From an uncultured Chloroflexia bacterium (GTDB taxonomy: Bacteria; Chloroflexota; Limnocylindria; Limnocylindrales; CSP1-4), in assembly GCA_963766735.1 (NCBI GenBank), contig CAVYBU010000002.1, positions 1 to 64,000 of the forward strand: DNA of 64,000 nt. The letters run 5' to 3'. Numbering within the stretch: position 1 is the stretch's first letter; each line of letters begins with the position of its first letter. Positions 59,336 through 64,000 of this stretch are shown one piece after another. The translations under genes and the position numbers were made by a program. The notes below the pieces were generated by a model. That model did not search any database and was not told where the DNA came from. It saw only the letters and a program-made list of their open reading frames with translations.

Positions 59336-60346
59336 ATGTCGAAGCTGCCCGCCACGTTCCGTGCCTATGTCGTGGACCGCCCGGATGGCGGCGCGCTCTC
59401 CCGCGGCTTCCGCGAGATGACCCCCTCCGACCTGCCCTCCGGCGAGGTCACCGTCCGCGTCGAGTGGTCCGGCGTCAACTTCAAGGACGGCCTGGCCGCG
59501 AGCGAGGATGGCCGGGTGGCCCGCGCCTACCCGCTGATCCCCGGCACCGACCTCGCCGGGACGGTCATGGCCACGGACGACGACGCGTTCCCTGAGGGCT
59601 CGAGGGTCCTCGCTCATGGCTATGAGATCGGAGTCTCGCACCACGGCGGGTACGCGGACGTGGCGCGGGTCCCGTCGGGCTGGATCGTGCCGCTACCGGA
59701 TGGCCTCACGACACGGGACGCCATGGAGATCGGCACCGCCGGCTTCACCGCGGCGATGAGCGTCGCCGCCCTGGAGGACCGCGGCCTCAGGCCCGGCGAC
59801 GGACCCGTGCTCGTCACGGGCGCGTCAGGCGGCGTGGGTTCGGCTGCCGTCGCCATCCTCGCGCTGCGCGGTCACGAGGTCTGGGCAGCCACCGGCAAGG
59901 CGGACGAGGCCGAGCGCCTCACGCTGCTCGGTGCCGCCGGCATCCTGGCCCGCGAGGAGGTCACGACCCAGGGCCGACCCCTCGACAAGGTCCGCTGGGC
60001 CGGCGCGGTGGACACGGTCGGCGCGGCCACGCTGCCCTACGTCCTGAGCACCCTCCGGATCGGGGCCGCGGTCGCCGCGTCCGGCAACACGGGTGGCCCG
60101 CAGCTCGTCACCACGGTCTTCCCGTTCATCCTCCGCGGCGTCGCGCTGCTCGGGATGGACACGGCCAACATGGCGATCGAGCCGAGGCGCGCGCTCTGGA
60201 GCCGGCTGGCGACGGACCTGCGACCGCGGGGTGTCGAAGGCGGCACCACCGAGGTGGACCTGGACGAGGTGGAGCCGGCCCTGGACGCGATCCTGGCCGG
60301 GCAGGCGCGCGGCCGCTGGGTGGTGCGGGTCACCGGCCAGGGCTAG
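59336..60346 (+). CDS. acuI: YhdH/AcuI-family NADPH-dependent acryloyl-CoA reductase / quinone oxidoreductase
   Basis: NFKDGLA, IGTAGFTAAM, VTGASGGVGS, VFPFILRGV. Confidence 0.85.
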   Translation: MSKLPATFRAYVVDRPDGGALSRGFREMTPSDLPSGEVTVRVEWSGVNFKDGLAASEDGRVARAYPLIPGTDLAGTVMATDDDAFPEGSRVLAHGYEIGVSHHGGYADVARVPSGWIVPLPDGLTTRDAMEIGTAGFTAAMSVAALEDRGLRPGDGPVLVTGASGGVGSAAVAILALRGHEVWAATGKADEAERLTLLGAAGILAREEVTTQGRPLDKVRWAGAVDTVGAATLPYVLSTLRIGAAVAASGNTGGPQLVTTVFPFILRGVALLGMDTANMAIEPRRALWSRLATDLRPRGVEGGTTEVDLDEVEPALDAILAGQARGRWVVRVTGQG

Positions 60347-60377
60347 GACCTCGCGCAGGCCGGGTCCGCCGCGACCC

Positions 60378-61196
60378 CTACTCGTCCAGCTCGCCCCGCA
60401 GCTGCATCAGCGCCCGGACGAGCGGCTCCTCCATCTGGGCCGCGGGATAGGGTCCGTCCGCCAGGGCGGCCTCGACCTCCATGAACCCGGTATGGACCAG
60501 CGACGCCCGCGCCACAACCTCGCGCAGCTCCTCCAGGGACCGTTCCGCGAACGGGCGCCCGGCGTGATCCCCGTGACCCGGAACCACCACGGTCGAGGGT
60601 CCGGTCATCTCCAGCATCGCCTCCACGGTTGCGGGCCAGTCCATCGGGTAGCCGTCCCCGAAGAATGGGGTTGCCCCGTTCTCGAGCAGGTCGCCCGCGC
60701 ACAGGACGTCGGCGTCCGGGATCCGGACGACGATGTCGTTGTCGGTGTGGCCACGGCCGAGGTACGCAAGCTCGACGACCCGGTCACCCAGGTCGATGAC
60801 GGCGCGATCCGTGAAGGTCCGGTCCGGCGGATCCAGGACCACGGCCCCGAGGTCGGCCGCCAGCTCCGGCAGCTCCTCGGCGAGTGTCCGCCGCCTGTCC
60901 TCGCCCGTGCGCTCGATCATCGTCACGCAGCGCTCGTGGCCCCAGATCACCACCGGGCGCAGGTCGTGGTTGCCGAAGACGTGGTCGTAGTGACCGTGCG
61001 TGTTCACCACGACGTCGAACCGCCTGATCCCGAGCTCGCGTGCGTCCGCGATCAGCTCCCGTGCCTGGCGGGGCGTGGTCCGTGTGTCCACGACCAGCGC
61101 CAGATCCCGGCCACGCACGACCACGATGTTCTGGTCATAGAACGCGTAGCGACGCACGAAGACCCGATCGGCGACCTCCTGCCAGAGACCTGTCAT
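60378..61196 (-). CDS. Metallo-beta-lactamase-fold hydrolase
   Basis: THGHYDHVFGN, GHTDND, AGD, PGHG. Confidence 0.88.
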   Translation of the reverse strand: MTGLWQEVADRVFVRRYAFYDQNIVVVRGRDLALVVDTRTTPRQARELIADARELGIRRFDVVVNTHGHYDHVFGNHDLRPVVIWGHERCVTMIERTGEDRRRTLAEELPELAADLGAVVLDPPDRTFTDRAVIDLGDRVVELAYLGRGHTDNDIVVRIPDADVLCAGDLLENGATPFFGDGYPMDWPATVEAMLEMTGPSTVVVPGHGDHAGRPFAERSLEELREVVARASLVHTGFMEVEAALADGPYPAAQMEEPLVRALMQLRGELDE

Positions 61197-61255
61197 GTCC
61201 GGGATCGTACCCGCGCAACACGCGACCGACTACCCTGTCGCGACAAGGAGGCCCC

Positions 61256-62129
61256 ATGACCGTCATCACCATCCCGTCGGGGACCGCACCGTCCCAGGGA
61301 ACCGCAACCGTTGCCGACGGCACCACGCTCCGCACGCTCCACTGGGCACCCGTGGGCGATCCGTGGGCGGCCGCGCTCGTAGTCCACGGCCTGGGCGAGC
61401 ACGCCGGGCGGTACGGGACGGTCGCGGCGGCCCTGACGACGGCGGGGATCGACGTCTACGCCTACGACCAGCGCGGCTTCGGCGGATCGGCCGGCGCGCG
61501 GGCCTACGTGGACAGCTACGAGCCAGTTCCACGACGACCTGGCGGAGCGGGTGCTCGACGCCCGTGCTGCGACACCCGGATTGCCGCTGGTGATGTACGG
61601 CCACTCGCTGGGCGGCCTGACCGTCGCCGGCTACGTGCTCTCCGGGCGGGACCTTCCGATGCCGGACCTCGTGGTTCTCTCCGCGCCGGCCCTGGACGCG
61701 GAGCAGCCGGCCTGGAAGAAGATCCTGGCGAGGATCCTCACGAACATCACGCCGAAGATGAGGCTGGCGGACGGGCTGCCCAGGGACGGCCGATCCCGTG
61801 ACCCGGAGGTCCAGGCAGCCGTGGACGCGGACCCGCTGTATGTCACCAGGACCACGGTCCGGTTCGGCGCCGAGGCGTTCGCGGAGCAGGCGCGGGTCCA
61901 GACGGCGATCGCGGGGATCTCGGCCATGCCGATGCCCACCTACGTGTTCCACGGCTCCGCCGACCCGATCGTGGCGCCGGCGGCGAGCGCGATGCTCGAG
62001 GGCAAGGGCAACGTGACGCGTCGCGTGCACGAGGGGCTGCGCCACGAGTGCCACAACGAGCCGGAGCACGAGCAGGTGCTGGGCGAGGTCGTGGCCTGGA
62101 TTCGGGCCACCGTCCCCGTGCCGGTGTAG
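61256..62129 (+). CDS. Lysophospholipase / monoacylglycerol lipase (alpha/beta hydrolase), +1 frameshift near 61522
   Basis: VHGLGEHAGRY, DQRGFG; after the shift, GHSLGG, HGSAD, RHE. Confidence 0.85.
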
Positions 62130-62152
62130 AATTGCTGCGACAACTGAAGACT

Positions 62153-62245
62153 CGCCTCCGGGGAGCGCAATCGTGCGCTGAGAGTGTGGTTTGACCACAG
62201 ACCCGCGGAACCTGATCCGGTTCGTACCGGTGTAGGAAGCAGGCC
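62153..62245 (+). ncRNA. TPP (THI-box) riboswitch
   Basis: GGGG...GCTGAGA...GACCC..GAACCTGATCCGGTTCGTACCGGTGTAGGAA, upstream of an NMT1/THI5-type binding protein. Confidence 0.93.
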
Positions 62246-62314
62246 CGCACGCGTCGACGCCGTCCTCGGACCCCGGGGGCGGCGATGTTTCTTCCTGGAG
62301 GCCTCGACGCGATC

Positions 62315-63419
62315 GTGATCCATCGTTCCCGCCGCTCCGCAAGCGCCCTCGCGGCGCTGCTGGTGCTCGCCGCCGCTCGCCGGGTGCGGCTCACCGGCCC
62401 CGCCAACGCCTCTCCCGGCCGGGCCGACGGCCTCCCCCGAGGCAGCCGCTACGCCGTTGGGCACGGTGCTCGTCCCGGCAACGCCTGCCGTCCCCTCCAG
62501 GGTCCGCCTCGCGCTGGACTGGACGCCCAACACCAACCACCTCGGGTTCTTCGTCGCGCAGGAGAAGGGCTGGTACGCGGAGGCGGGCGTGGAGCTGGAG
62601 GTGCTCCCGTACGGCGGCACCGCGCCGGAGGCGATCCTCGCCGCGCACCAGGCGGAGTGCGGGATCAGCTTCCAGGACTCGATGACGTTCGCTGTGGCAG
62701 CCGGCGCCCCAATCGTCTCGGTCATGGCGATCCTCCAGCACACGGCTCAGGACATCGCGGTCCTGGCGGAGTCCGATATCGAGCGGCCGAAGGCCCTCGA
62801 CGGGAGGATCTACGCTGGCTTCGGCTACCCGAACGAGGTCCCCACGCTGCAGGCGGTGATCCGGGCGGACGGTGGCACGGGCACATTCGACACCGTGACG
62901 CTCGATGCCGCGGCATACGAGGCGCTGTACTCGAAGCGGGCGGACTTCGTGATCACGTTCGCAGCGTGGGAGGGGATCGAGGCTGCCCAGCGCGGTATCG
63001 ACCTGCGCACATTCCGGTTCTCGGACTTCGGGTTCCCGGACTTCTACCAGGTGGTGCTGGCCTGCGACCACGACTGGCTGGCGAAAGACCCGGTGGCCGC
63101 AAAGGCGTTCGTGAGCGCGACGGCGCGCGGGTTCGGGTTCGCGGCCCTCAACCCTGACGAGGCGGCAGCCATCCTGGTTGCGGCCAACCCGGGCATCTTC
63201 GACGCCAATCCGGACCTGCCGCAGGCGTCCGCGACGTACCTTGCCGAGCAGGGGCTGTTCATGGACACGCACGCGGCGGTGGGGACACAGACTCTGGAGA
63301 AGTGGAGCGGCTACTCCGGGTTCCTGTACGAGCAGGGACTGCTGGTGGATGCGCAGGGCGCCGCACTCGCGGCGCCGCCGGACTACTCGTCCCTGTTCAG
63401 CAACGAGTTCCTGCCGTGA
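62315..63419 (+). CDS. NMT1/THI5 (ThiY-like) ABC substrate-binding lipoprotein, frameshift near 62378
   Basis: LDWTPNTNHLG, GISFQ, AWEGIE, PDFY; the signal peptide and its AGC lipobox are split across frames. Confidence 0.85.
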
Positions 63420-63432
63420 GCCCGGAACCCCG

Positions 63433-64000
63433 GTGAAGGCCCGGCTCCCGTCGCTCGTCCTGGTCGCCCTGCTCCTCGTGGGGTGGGAAGCGTACGTGCG
63501 CGCGGCGGGGGTGAGTCCCGTGGTCCTGCCGGGGCCCGTGCGTATCCTGCAGGCACTGTGGGAGTACCGCGCCGACGCGGTCCGCCACGCCATCCCCACG
63601 CTCATCGAGACCGTGCTCGGGTTCCTGCTGGCGGTGGTCTTCGCCATCGCGTCCGCGGTGGGGATGGACCGGACGCCGATCGTTCGCCGTGCGCTGGAGC
63701 CACTCCTCGTGACCAGCCAGACGATCCCGATCGTGGCCCTGGCGCCCCTGTTCCTGCTCTGGTTCGGGTTCGGCCTTGCCCCCAAGGTGCTGGTGGTGGT
63801 GCTGGTGACCTTCTTCCCGATCGTCGTCGCGCTGCTGGACGGGTTCCGCAGCGCCCAGCCCGAGGCCTCGGACCTGCTCCGCTCCTACGGCGCGTCCGAC
63901 GGGCAGGCGTTCCGCCTCCTCCGGTGGCCGTCCGCCCTGCCCAACCTGTTCATCGGGCTGCGGATCTCCGTGGTGTACGCGGTGATCGGGGCGGTGTTCG
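63433..64000 (+). CDS. ABC transporter permease (ThiX/SsuC-like), truncated by the window end
   Basis: WEAYV...VLPGP, SQTIPIVALAPL, WFGFG..PK, TFFPI, ALPNLFIGLRI. Confidence 0.88.
   Translation, partial: MKARLPSLVLVALLLVGWEAYVRAAGVSPVVLPGPVRILQALWEYRADAVRHAIPTLIETVLGFLLAVVFAIASAVGMDRTPIVRRALEPLLVTSQTIPIVALAPLFLLWFGFGLAPKVLVVVLVTFFPIVVALLDGFRSAQPEASDLLRSYGASDGQAFRLLRWPSALPNLFIGLRISVVYAVIGAVF

Overview
A high-GC bacterial chromosomal window of mostly housekeeping and accessory metabolic genes; the gene mix suggests a Chloroflexota/actinobacteria-like organism (inference). Contents: FGGY kinase plus alkyl-DHAP-synthase-like oxidase, SCO1664/DUF3090 pair, sulfite-oxidase-like Mo enzyme, three luciferase-like oxidoreductases, cell-envelope enzymes (PBP1A, LCP, SpoIID/LytB with four 339-bp repeats, NlpC/P60), mscL, lhgO, tdk, three ABC transporter loci, a YbjN-like chaperone plus CbbX/SpoVK-type AAA+ ATPase, a Tat-exported DMSO-reductase-family/4Fe-4S/NrfD operon led by a tiny Tat-CCHC protein, tRNA-Gln next to glnS, a Phd-VapC toxin-antitoxin pair, metY-metX, a two-component system, and a TPP riboswitch before a thiamine-precursor ABC transporter. 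The most interesting signal is an unannotated attenuator upstream of metY-metX: a near-leaderless 28-codon peptide containing Met-Cys-Met, with terminator, antiterminator and anti-Shine-Dalgarno pairings and no SAM riboswitch or T-box. Six single-base frameshifts in otherwise intact genes look like sequencing errors. No CRISPR array, integrase or transposase was seen. All family assignments are by motif recognition; no database search was run.
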